This document shows, one piece after another, positions 48,801 to 60,900 of a stretch of 64,000 nucleotides of DNA (position 1 is its first letter; each line of letters opens with the position of its first letter). Source of the stretch: Marsupella aquatica (lineage: Eukaryota > Plantae > Marchantiophyta); the NCBI GenBank assembly GCA_973895155.1, contig OZ316893.1, forward strand, positions 25,533,520 through 25,597,519, written 5' to 3'. Both the position numbers and the translations under genes were made by a program. The notes beneath the pieces were generated by a model. The model made no database searches and was not told the origin of the DNA. It saw only the letters and a list, made by a program, of their open reading frames with translations.

Positions 48801-50489
48801 AGATTCTGCATGCCTGGTTGCTGCATCGGCAAGTCCTCCGTCCTTGGCCTAAACACCTGCTCGATTGTAGGACTGTCGGGCGGGTTTGGTTTCTCCGTTG
48901 CCGGCCTCTGTTCCAGAACCTCCTCTGGTGCCCTTGCCTGTAGGGGAAGTACCGGGGCAAAGGTCTTACTTCGGGCATACCGGCATAATAGCGGTACGTG
49001 ATAGCCAAGCCGGGACACGCTTCCCTTGCCGATCACCAACTGTTCTTCCTTCAAGATCTTCTTTAGTTGAGTGAGGAGGTAACCATTGTAGTCCCGGCTT
49101 GGGTCTGGCCTCTCTGCCAGATAGACCTGTGCCTTGCCGATCTCTGGTCTCGGCCAGTTGCAATGCATGGTCACCCGCAAGAAATCGATGATCTCTCCTA
49201 TATGCGGGTTAGTGCAGGTGTTTCGGAAGAAGCCATTCTTTGTTGAAGGCCCGGGAAACGACCGGAACTCCTTGTCTGGCAAAGTCTTCCTGGTATCTAC
49301 CTTGGTCTTATTGCCCTTCGGCAAGCCAAACACTTCGGCAATCACCTGGGGAGTGAGATAGAAATCCTTCCCATACACCCTTGTGGAATTGGTCTCGGAC
49401 TCCCATGATCCCATAAATTCTAGTAAGTCTGAATCCGGCACCTCCGGCTTCAGCCACGGTAACCTTACGAAGGCTTCCAAGCCGGATCCGGCCATGAAGC
49501 CCTGGTATTTCCGAGTCTGCATAGCCGTAAAGCATGCATCCTCCTCCCGTGCAAAGTATAATTGCACTTCCTCGGGGAGAATCGCCGCCCAGCCTTTCCA
49601 GGTGTCATCTCTTGTTGGAATGGCGTTGATGGGGTCGACCTCCTCCTCCTCGGCTTCTCTCTGCCTCCTGCTCTCCTTTTCTGCTGGCTTCTTTGGTGCC
49701 GCCGACCTCGTTCTTTTTGCCGGGGTGGCCTCTTCGTTGTTGTTCCCCTTCCTCTTCATCTCGGCTGCCGTGGATGTCTCTCCTAGCACGGTTGCCTTTG
49801 TCCACCCCTCCGTGCTACCCTTCAACTCCCAGTGTATGTCGTTGCAGCGTTTGATGGCTTCGCGGATGCCGACGACTCTGTCTTCGCAAAACAGCAGGTC
49901 GTCTAGCTCATTGCCAATAGGCGTCCACAGGAATTCAGCCTTGATGAGTTCTCCTCCTAAGAAGACAACTTTCTGCAGCTCCCACAATTGGGCGAGCTCC
50001 TGCCGTTCTCGAGCTGCTCTCTCCGATTCTTCGTCCTCATAAGTCCCAATGTACTCAGTTGCCCGTTCGAACAGGCATCCCCAAAAATGTGCCGCTTGAT
50101 TGACGTTGCTCATACCCTTCTTGAGTTGATAGTCAGTATCTGTTCCCACCCTGAGCGCTTGCCTAAGCAGTTGACAGTAGTTGGCCGCCCGTAGTCGCCT
50201 GCCCAGTTTGTGTTTGCAAATGAGCCACTATTCCTCGCGAGCGGTCCTTACCCCTCTCCTCCTCTGGTTCTCCCTCCCGTTGGTTACCCCTAGCCGCCGG
50301 CACTTAGCGTGCCCTAACCCTAATCGTGTTCTCTCCCCTGGCGTCCTTACTTTCGGCCTCGGCTCGGGTTCCATAGTCACCCTTAATTGTTTATATTTTC
50401 CTTATTTATGTAACTATACTAAGGTGTTTCTAGGGTACACTTCCCTTTTCCCCTAAAACTAGCCCAGTGATTCCTGGCTAGGCATCACA
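45809..50489. mobile_element. 4681-bp TG...CA element (giant ORF-bearing solo LTR or non-autonomous integrase-mobilised element)
   Basis: Termini TGTGGTGC / GCATCACA (7 of 8 inverted match) and a perfect 5-bp TSD GGAGG at 45804-45808 and 50490-50494. No paired LTRs, PBS, gag or pol inside. Confidence 0.85.
46586..50374 (-). pseudogene. 1263-codon retrotransposon accessory ORF (PMD/plant-transposon-like domain, low-complexity linker, long coiled coil) with five premature stops and no frameshift
   Basis: ATG at 50374 (MEPEPRPK...). ORFs 48167-50149, 47747-48103, 47021-47734, 46808-47017 and 46586-46768 are all in the same frame. Motif LLEFMGSW...VYGKDFYLTPQVIAEVFGLP and an E/K/L/A heptad-rich region at ~47200-47960. 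Confidence 0.8.
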
Positions 50490-51911
50490 GGAGGCCGGGT
50501 TGTCTTTGCATGTGTTACGGGAAACACGAAGAGATATGGATTTGGCTTGAGGTTCCAATATTTTGTGTGTCACTTGTTGTTGCTTGTGTTGTTTGTTTTC
50601 CTCCCCTAGTGCATGTGATCGGTTTCATTGTGGAAACAATTGCCCTTGTCACTAGTGTTCAAATCTTATTGTAAACATTTGTATGCTTGCCCATGAGAGG
50701 GGGGTGGTGACACCACTCACCCGGTGGGCATGAGTTGTAGATGGTAGGGCCAGTCCCTTGGACTTGATCAAAAATGGAGAGACCAGTTGGTAGACCTCGT
50801 GGTAGACTTGATCAAAAAGTACACTTCCGGGAGCGGAATCAAACATACTCATCCTTAGGTGTGGAAATCCTCCAAATAACGTCCCTTCACGACCCCGTAA
50901 TACGATACCAACGGTTTAAGCGAAAAAATATACGATTTGCACGTATGAATTGTTGGATAGGCAAGTGACACTGTTGTACACAATATATGTCATATTTTGA
51001 TGTGCAATTATAGGACCCCAATATTTCCCGGCGCCGGTAATTGCACATCAAAATATGACATACATAATGTATGACATTGTTCCATCCATGATAGATGTCA
51101 TTATTTTCTTTAAATAACTGAGTGCACCTTATATTATCACATTTTGATGTCTGAATATCGGGACACCAATATTCTAGGGAGCCTGCACTTGCAGTTAGAC
51201 AGGGTAGACTGTAGTTTACTTTGTGCAGAACCTCATCATCCCTACGGTAGATTAGGGTACAGGAGTCAGTCGACAGAAACGTTGCCTCCCGTCCGATGGG
51301 AGACCGTTTGAATTTGAATTCGGGCTTCCCCCTCCCCCACGACTCCGTCCTCTTCTCCACTGCTCTGCTGCTCTGCTGCAAACAAGCTTCGAATCGCTTG
51401 CTCGAATGCCGTCTGCTGTTGTGGATGAACCGACGCAGATTTGCAATCGTTTAGGATACACTTTCAGTCGACGCAACTCACTGTTTTCCCGACGGAAAGA
51501 CCACGATATTGATCCGTTCGTAAGCTCGACGCTCTCTTCTCTGCTCCTCGCAGATGGCGGATCGGTTTCGGTTTTGGTTTTCGATTGCCGTGCTTTCTCG
51601 CAGATCTGCTGAATTTGCCGATAGCTTCCGTTCATTCCAGGTTTGATTGTGATCGTCGGCTGTTTTTTCGCTTTGTGTTGGAAGGTTTTCTCTCAGCGCG
51701 TCGTCTTTCGGAGGGTGGACAGCGAGAGACGGGAGATGATGTATTGGTCACACGAACTACACCTTCAGAGGATTTCTTTGTATAGTTAGAGGTTGGATTT
51801 CAGGGGCGTTTACGGCTATGTTCCTCCAGGTGGAAGAGACTTGCCAGAGGGAAGGATGAAAATGAAAGTATGAGATGAGGACAATTTGTCGCTGAAGACA
51901 ATATTGGTAAG

Positions 51912-54900
51912 ATGGAAGTTGTGGAGGGTCAGTCGCCTCAAGTAAATGACGAAAAAACAATCGACGAGACCACCGTCTTTTTCAGTGAGAATGGCACTGT
52001 TTCGAAGAGGCAGAGGAGGAAGTCTCTGGGCAGACGGGTGAGCTTTGCGGAGGCACCGAAGTTGCACATCTTTGCTCGTGACGATGAATACGTTACTCCC
52101 ACCCGTGCAACAAACGGTGCTGGTTCTCCTCATAGGGTAGGAGGAGAGCGACGGTCACCCAGGCTTGCTGCGAAAGTGGTGGATGCTGATAAAGAGAACC
52201 GAGTATTGGCTTCCAATCCTGCTCCAAAGCGTGGGAGAAGAAAGGGGGGCAGTAAGCCCCTCGCTGCTCGAGAAGAGGAAGACCCAGCTCTGAAACCTCA
52301 TAATTGGTTGGATGCCAGAGACCCTTTATCACAGGCTGGGTACTCACATCCTCTACATTTCAAGTCCTTTGCATTCCACCTTGCTCAGGGATTGCTGAAA
52401 ATATGCGTGACCTCCAATTTACGGAAATGTTTTGCTTTTACGAGACTGGAGTTTGCCAAACCTTCTCGTTCTTGCATTGCAGAGGGCCTAAAAATTGACA
52501 CTGAAAAGTATGGAGCTGAATGATATCATGAATTGCATGGGAAAATTTTGGTAGCGCGAAATTGCAACTCTATAGTTCGTCTCAATTTGCGTATTATTTG
52601 CTCCATTTTGGTTTTTGTCAGTCTGGCGAAATTTGGCACAATAAGAATTCAAGCCTGTCTGTTTTTACGATATCGTCAATCTACTTCTCTTGTCCGTTTG
52701 TGTGTAATATAATGTCTATATCAAATTGAAAAGAACAGGGCAACATCTCTTTCAAGGATTCTGTCACCAGCCCTTGAAGAAGTTTGATGAATTACTTCTC
52801 TACGTTCCATATACAGGGATGATGAGAACACTGGCCCGGTCGACCTGCGCCACTTATCCTTCGATCAACAGGAAACTGAGATGGATGAGGACAACCTGAC
52901 GTTGGACAGTACCACCTTCGCTCTAAGGTCCCTTCAGCAGATCAGAAGTGTTGAATCAGCAGCTGTAGTTCAACTTGACACGAACAGGCCGGGAGCTGTC
53001 AGCGCAGACGAAGATGGGGTCCTTGATGAAGAACATGACCTCGAGGAAGTGCTGGTTAAGGACATGAGCTTTACCATGAATAAGCCTGTTCGTCGGCGAA
53101 AGCCTGTCAGAGAATCCATCACAGGCCTTGAAAGCACGAGCAGTGATACTGTCATGAGCATGAACATAACGATGCTAGTGTCCAGACGTCATAAAATGGC
53201 TCAGATGCTTGTTGGTGGTGACAACATTAATGTCGACGTGGAAGAAGATTCAGTGACGGTAAGCCCCCAGAACATCCCTCCTCGGAAGTTCATGTCCCGT
53301 GGTACTAGGGAGGATAATTCTGCACTAGTTCTCTATTCAAACGATATGCAGAACGGTCCAGCGAAGGGACCACTGGCTGAAGATGTCCGGGCTTTTATAG
53401 AGGAAAGATATGGTGACCTTGGTGACGACACCGGTCCAGTACAGCGACACTTCCAAGGCGCATTGAAATCACCACTCGGAGGCATACCAGGGGCTAAAGA
53501 TCTCCCGGCTCAGTTAGACGAAAACTTTGGTGACGGTGGTGACGAAACTCAAGTGCAAATGGAGAAAGATTCGATGACCGTAAACCCCCAGAAGATCCTT
53601 GCTCCTCGGAAGTTCATTTTGGATGGTAGTAGGGATGAGAATTCTGCAGAAATTATCGGCTCACACAATCTCCAGAAAGGTCGAGCGCCGGTACCACGCG
53701 CTGACGATGTCCGGGCTCTATTAGATGAAAGATTTGGTGATCTTGGTGAGGGCACCAGTCCAGTACAGCGAGACGTCCAACGCGCATTAAAATTACCACT
53801 CCGGGGCACGCAAATACCAAGAGAGGAAGATCTCCCGGCTGAATTAGAGGAAAAATTCGGTGACGGTGGTGACGACATTTATGTACAAGTGGAGCAAGAT
53901 TCAATGACTGTTAGCCCCCAGAAGGTTCCTCCTCCTGGGAACTCCATATTGCATCGTAGTAGGGATGAGAATTCTGCAGAAATTCATGTTTCACAAGATC
54001 TGCAAAACGGTCCAGCGCTGGTACCACGAGCTGAAGAGCTCCGGGCTCTACGAGAGGAAAGATCTGGTGAACGCATTGGTGACGACACCAGTCTAGCGAA
54101 GCGAAACTCTCAAAGCAGATTAGAATCACCTCTCCAAGGTATCAAAATACCAAGGGCTGAAGATCTCCGGGCTCCACTTGAGGAAAAAACTGATAGCAGT
54201 GGTGACGCACTAAAATTACCACTCAAGGGCATCATTGTACCAAGGGTTGAAGATGTCCCGGCTCAATCAGAGGAAAGATTTGGTCGTCACCTTGTTGACC
54301 TTGATGAAGACACCAATCTCACTAGAGGAAGTGGGGAAAGTCTGGACCCTATTGCCACCGTGGACATGAGTTTCTGCTCTCCTAGATCCGTGGGTAAGGA
54401 AGACCGGTCCATTACGATGGGCATACCTTCGCTAGGGCAACTACTTAGAAAGGATGAGGATGAAGAGGATGAGGAGTCGTCGTCCATAGGTCACATAGAC
54501 CGGAGTATAACTATGGGTATACCTTCTCTTAGGCACTTAATCAGAGAGCAAGAGGAACATGAGGAGATGGGGGTGGAGGAACAAGTGGAAATTGATACAA
54601 AGCACAGGGCAAGGGAAACACTCAATTCGACTGAGGAAGTAGAAATGACGTTGACGGGGGAAGAGTTTATTGGGATCGACAGCAGAGCCACCATACAAAT
54701 GGAGGAATCCCCTGGGCCGAAGTTTGCAAAGCACAGAGCAAGGGAAACACTCAGTCCAACTGAGGAAGTCGAAATGATGTTGACGGAGGAAGAGTTTACT
54801 GGGATAGACAGCAGAGCGACCATAAAAATGGAATCTCCTGGGTCGAATTTCGCAAAGCACAGGGCTAGACAAACACTCAATCCGACTGAGGAAGCAGAAA

Positions 54901-57900
54901 TGATGTTGACGGAGGAAGAGTTTTCGGGGATAGACAGCAGAGCGACCATAAAAATGGAGGAATCCCCTGGGCCGAATTTTGCAAAGCACAGGACCAGGGA
55001 AGCACTCAATCCGACGGAGGAAGCAGAAATGATGTTGACAGAAGAAGAGTTTTCGTGGATCGACAGCAGAGCGACCAGGACAAAAGAGGAATCCCCTGGG
55101 CCGAATTTTGCAAAGCACAGGGCAAGGAAAGCACTCAATCGGACGGAAGACGCAGAAATGATACTGACGGTGGAAGAGTTTACGGGAACAGACAGGAGAG
55201 CGACCATAAAACAGGTGGACTCGCTTGGACCGACTTTTGCAAAGCACAGGGCAAGGGAAATACTCAATCCGACAGAGGACGCAGGAATGGTACTGACGGA
55301 GGAACCAGTCACAGGACTGGACAGCCGAGCAACCACCAATCATGAGGAATCTCCTGGACCGATCTCTGATATCTTTGCAATGACGAGCACAAAGCTCAAT
55401 GGAGGTGCCTCCAATATGGATGGCAAGAAGTCGAACAGGAGGATCATTTCTTCGGACTCACTCGAGGCTACAGAAATGATGTTGACGCGGGAAAGGTTGT
55501 CAGGAATAGACAATCGACCAACTGCCCATCTTGAGGAATTCACGGGACCGGATTATGATAATCGTGCAATGAAGAGAGCAAAGTTTGAGAGAGGTGGCAC
55601 CTCCGTGGATAACAAAGAGTCCGACAATAATTGCTATCCTGCAGTTGGCAAATGGTCGACGACAGAGGACAATCATTTCTCCACTGCACTGGAGAGCGTC
55701 ACGCCCCAAGTTCCGCGCTCCAGTGATCTTCTTGGAGCGGAAATGAAGTCACTTCACTCCACACCTGTTAGGCCAGCTCGTAGGAGTATGTGGATGACCC
55801 CTCCGTCTTCGGTGATTACTGCAAGAGCTAAAGATGAATCTAGCCCAGAAAGAGAAGATGATATTTACGACACAACAGCTGCTATAACTGAAAGAATTGG
55901 AGAAAGAATTGGAGAGGATGGAGAAGAGAGCATCAGCGCTACGAAAGTGTCCGTGGAGGAAGAAGATGTCCCCCATCTTATCATTAAGAGCGAAGACACA
56001 ACAGCTCTTATATCTGAGAGAGTTCCGGAGGATGAAGAAGAGGGAATCAGCGTTACAAAAATGTCTGTGGACGAATTTTTACAACATGCAGAGGTTCTTT
56101 GCTTTCTCAGCATTTTTTCCCCCTTTTGAGGAGCATTTTGCCTTTTCTCGTCTCCTTTTCTAGCTGATGTTTTGTGGATTTACGGGTGCGATAGCTTATC
56201 ACTCTGCAAAGCTAACGACTGATCTAGTCTCCCACCCGTAGTTGGTTTAGCCAGGCGTAGCAATCCGGAGTTCATATTTTCGAAAGATTACCATTATGCT
56301 TAAGCTTGAATAATCTTTCCGAGTTCTTCATCGTTTTATTGGACCAGTACGCAACCATGCTTCTACAGTTGGGGCATGACGATGATTACTATTTTGGCTG
56401 ACAGGTCCAGTTCTCTCTTGGGCATCAAGGTCCAAGGGATTTGGGCAAAGATCCATCGTTGGTTGAGACTCACCACGTGCGTTCGCTAAGTGAGATCTTC
56501 AATTTTCTATGTCTCGTCAAACCACAGGTGCACCTCGATTGCCCATTAAATGATGTTTTTTATGAGGCTTTGTCACCTCAAAGAACCTTTTAATTTAATA
56601 CGTTAGAGATCGCATCAGATTTTAAGCTGAATGTCATGATGAATTCCAGCTTATAATCATGAGCGATGCATGCGCCGAGCTGCACCATGAAAACTCCATC
56701 AAAGCTACGGCAGTGACGGAGCTCGAACAGCCACTGACAGCGATATTTTCCAACTTTCAAGTAAGAACCAGATGAAGCACATTTTTCAACTTTCACGTAA
56801 GAACCAGATGAAGCACTTGCATTGGAACAGTCTCGCTGTTGGTTTCAACTGGCAAGCTGACACTTTTGGTGAAGTTTCGTCAATTCAGAAAGCACCTGAG
56901 GGGGAGAAGCAGCGACTAAGAAAGCAACTTGAAAGAATTCAGGGCAATTACAGGTAAGCAGGCAAGAATTTACTAATGCCATGACCTCATTGTAGATTCT
57001 GGAAAAAAACAGACCCTTCAAACTTTGCTTATTGTGGCCTCGTGGAAAGTTCGCTGGCAGAGAAAGATCGGATCCACTTCCAGCTGATAGTGGAAAACGA
57101 CATTACCAAGGAATTACTCAAGATGAAGGACAATATGATGGTAATTTTCTCTCGCTCTGTGTACTAAGCCAAATGTTTCTTTCGTTTCTTCTTTAAAGAG
57201 AGACACTCGTCTGTAGAATAATAATTGTTGAGATGTGAATCGACGTGAATTGTTAAGTCGGCATGGCAGCAATTGATTTAGAAGTACCTGCGTTTGTGCA
57301 GTACTACGTGGAACATATTCAAGAACAAAGAAACATATTTCAAGAGAAGTGCTGTCGGCCATTTCGCTGTCTTCAATCGAGCCTTTCTTCGAGAGATGCG
57401 AATCTGGAATGCATTTCGACCTCGCAGTCAAAACTATCTACTGTAAAGCACCTCCGAACAACAGCTAATCTCGAGAGGATAGAAGACCTGGTATACTATC
57501 CTCCGACTGGCTTTTCCCGATTGAGTCGTGGTATGTACTGAACATTCACATGGTATCTATAATCCTTCCATGAGGAATGCCCACTTGACTCGGAAAATTC
57601 GGCTCGACCTTGTGCAGAAGAAAAGACTTGAGGATCTGAAATCTTCACTGGAGTTAAAGTCAGGCAAGTCACGCCCAAGGGAGCAGGTGGTGACTCCTCT
57701 GGCCCGGACAGTATCGTTATGATGATTGCATGCTAGGTCTTGGTCCTCCCAGGCTAATCTTAACACGAAGATATTTCATTTTTTAGAATTTTATCCCAAG
57801 TTTAGCCTCCTGCATGCTCCGTCTGTTCTCCAAAACCAGTGCCATGTCTACAATTAAATCTTCCAATTATAATTTTTTGTCGTTGAATATAGATGTGAAG

Positions 57901-60900
57901 TGGTAAATTTGTGGACTCGTTAGGCAGGAGAAAACCCATTGTAGAACGGAAAAAACAAATGAAAGCCCATTAATTTGTAGAGCAAATTTTCAAATTGCAA
58001 GGGCGACTCCTCTCAAAGATGCAGCTGTTAGGGGACACACATAAAAGTCATGTCATCCTTGGAAACATACTTTACGATTTTCTAAGAACATGCCCGTCTT
58101 AAGCCGATGTCTCTATATTCGGTTTATCGCAGGTAGGCCCTTCTAAGGTGCCATTGCGAACAGAGTCAAAGGTTGTCGCACATTATCACTTGTGGGGGTG
58201 AAAATTCCTTTGTAGCCGTTACTAATGTCACCGTTGTCTTCCCATTGCAGGCGGCTGAAGAGAGCTTGGAACGTCTGAAGCAGAGGGTTGCACGAAGCAA
58301 AAACAAATTGTCGGACTTGCGCAGCCAATTGGTTGAGACAATATGCTCGGGGGAGAACAATCTTCGGAAAGAAGAAGTTGCCCATAGCCCTTATCTCGGA
58401 GTCGAGAAAATGAAGAGCGAAGTTTCTTTCCTTCACAATCTACAGGTATTTCCACTGTCTTGAGAGGGTATATTGAGTGCGATATTTGTTTTGTCTATGC
58501 ATCTTTTCAACTCCCAAAACAGGAATATCGCTATCTCATTCTTTTGGCTGCACGTGATTAGAAGACGAGTCTCGGGTGAAATACATTCCTTTCAGTCCTC
58601 AACATGCGAGACAAACAAGCCTATTAGTGGAGTCACAGGCTCTGAACTGCAGGTCAAAATTTATCGATAGTCTCCCCTTTTTCCCTGGAACGAAGACTAA
58701 ATGACTAATTTTTTGAGCAGCAATGCTAGAGAATAAGTAGAGAGGTTGTGATCCTCGTAGAATCAAGCGGGACTCACCTTCCTGGGAATGAGCGGGGTCT
58801 GAAGTGTATTGTTCTTTGAATACCAATGTGGAAGATATCCGTCTTCAACGAGTTCTAGAAATGGAGAGAATAGAAATGCACTATGACTGAGCATACATGG
58901 GTTCTGTCAGGATGGGTTCCAAGTCAAGTCAGCCGGCAGAGAAAACCAGGACATGGTAGTGGAGCTCAGCTACCGTTCTCTTGTAAAACGAAGGTAAAAT
59001 GTCGTTTAACCCAACAACATGTTGAATAATATAATTTCATTTCAGTGTTCGATTGGGGTTTCTCGTTGTAGAAACTCTTTCACGGTGCTTGCAATAATCA
59101 TATGAAGGAGGAATTCTAACTGGATGGGGTCTACTTGCTTCGAGACAGATACGTTGTACGCAAAGTAGGCACTGCAGTGAAGGTTTTAAGAAGTACTTGG
59201 TCTCTTGAGCAAGAGAAACTAGAAGAGGTATGTTACCCACTTTCTGTTGTGCTTCTTTCTTTGTTATATCATAAGGAGGTATTGTTGCCCACCTTCTAAC
59301 TGACTTTTTTGTCGAGATTTGCAGATTTTTCCGAAAATAAATGCCCTCGTAGTGTTCTCTTTCGCCCTTCAAACAAGTGGCACATCCAAGGGAACCTCGA
59401 TAAACTCGGCCGCTTGGCCGCAGGTACTTCAACTTCCATTTTTCATTTTGCCCATTGTTGTAATCTATCGCTTAGCATTACTGCAGCAGTTCTCTGATCT
59501 GTGTTTGATATTCTATGGTTTCACGTTGTAGTTCACTATCTTTTCCACTTCTATGGCAAGCCCAAATATTTCTCAATTAGTAGTTTTAGTACTAAATTCA
59601 AAAGTGGAGCCTGACAAGGCAATAACCATGGTATGAACTGGGTTGGCGAGGTTATGAACCACTTCTGAAAGTTTGAGAAACCCATCACATTAGTGGAACC
59701 AATCAGGAAACGAAGGATATTTCGGGAATTTTCGTGTTTTGAATCTAAAAACTAGATTAAGTTCTACCAAGGCTTTTGTATCGATTTCTCAAATATTGAG
59801 AATATTTTCAGACTTTTGGGAAAGTCTGACAAGTTACGATATTAAAGTTTCACGATCGCCAACCGTAAACCAAGTTCCTGCAACGTTACTGTGACCGAGA
59901 TAAATGGCAAATCGTGTGGTATATTTAATCTTGCCAGGTTTAGCGTTGAGATCTCTTCAGAAATTCTTACACATTGCGCGTTTCTACAAGCAGAAGTTTG
60001 GTCGACTGCGTGCATCCGAAGCAGTTCGGTTCACGCTTCCATCAGATAAACCCGGTGGCATACCAGAGCCCACGAGTTTGAGAGAGTCCATGCAGGTACG
60101 CAGCACAAGTGCCTGTGATGTAGCTTTCTCGTGTCATCTTTCCTTCACTTGTCACGAAAGAAAGGTCGACAGCATTGTGAATGTCTAAATTGGCCAATGG
60201 TCGAAGATGGCCTCTGCTTACCACCCCTTCACTGTTTTAACGTCATATGTTTTGTGCAGTTTACGCGGATTCTAGTGGGTAACTTGATGAACTTAGTGGA
60301 GGAAATTGGACAGTGCCAACTGGTCATCAATGCCTCTTCCGGCGGCGGTGTCCTGGCCGAAGCTCGTTTCCGAAATGATCCTGGTAAGTAGTTGTATCAT
60401 ACTTAAAAATAATGGACCAGGTGTAATTTCTGACCCAGGATTACAGAGCGTTGTACTTATGTATGCTTGTGACTTCGAATGTGAGTTCTCTGATGGTGTC
60501 CTGGTGATTTTGTCTCCGCGCGGTGCAGATGGCCACCTCCAACTCGAGCTCAAATTCATCGACTGTGTCTCGTCTATCAAATTCTTTTTATACCTGGATA
60601 TGACCTGCCTCCCAATGTAAGCAAGCATTCACCTGTATCAAGCGTTGCATATCTCTTTCACCTCTTTCGATTTGCATTTTTCTACATCCGTCGCGAATCC
60701 AAGATTGGAAGACTTGTGTGCTGTAATGAAAATCAGAGGATGTGATCCTGACACTAAAATTATATTCCGTTTGTCACGATTTCCTCGCATCGCTTATTAG
60801 ATTGAAGTATAATGAATTGTTCCAAGAGGAGAGATGTTAGTCATTTATTCAAAGCCTTCCTGAACAAAGTCGCGTGGGCTCGTGCGTAGGAATGGATATC

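Larger units (their letters stand above)
43649..50970 (+). mobile_element. Gypsy (Tekay/Del-like) solo LTR, ~2636 bp excluding the nested insertion (43649-45808 plus 50495-50970)
   Basis: TGTGAC...GTGACA termini with a perfect 5-bp TSD CTGTT at 43644-43648 and 50971-50975. The internal repeat acgggcttgttggaaagagctcgc.gagctga.tccaac at ~44511 and ~45178 is typical of chromovirus LTRs. No gag/pol. Confidence 0.8.
43450..51186. mobile_element. MITE-like repeat cluster (43450-43648 and 50976-51186) split by the solo-LTR insertion
   Basis: Both parts share tacacaatatatgtcata.ttt..tgtgcaattat.gg.c.ccaata and end in ggg.agcctg. Internal segments are inverted relative to each other. Confidence 0.55.

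Noticed and set aside
50698-50712. ggggggtggtgaca as the right end of the host LTR
   Set aside because: Not followed by the CTGTT target duplication, which occurs after GTGACA at 50970.
54491-55343. Long antisense ORFs (282 and 268 aa) over KNL1, and similar shadow ORFs over ETF beta, UBP6 and the element ORF
   Set aside because: Explained as reverse-frame shadows of repetitive or codon-biased sense coding sequence.
56954-56995. Ultra-short 42-nt KNL1 intron (gtaagc...ttgtag)
   Set aside because: A phase-compatible acceptor at 57049 gives a 96-nt intron and a better fit to the Spc7 pattern. It cannot be settled without RNA data.
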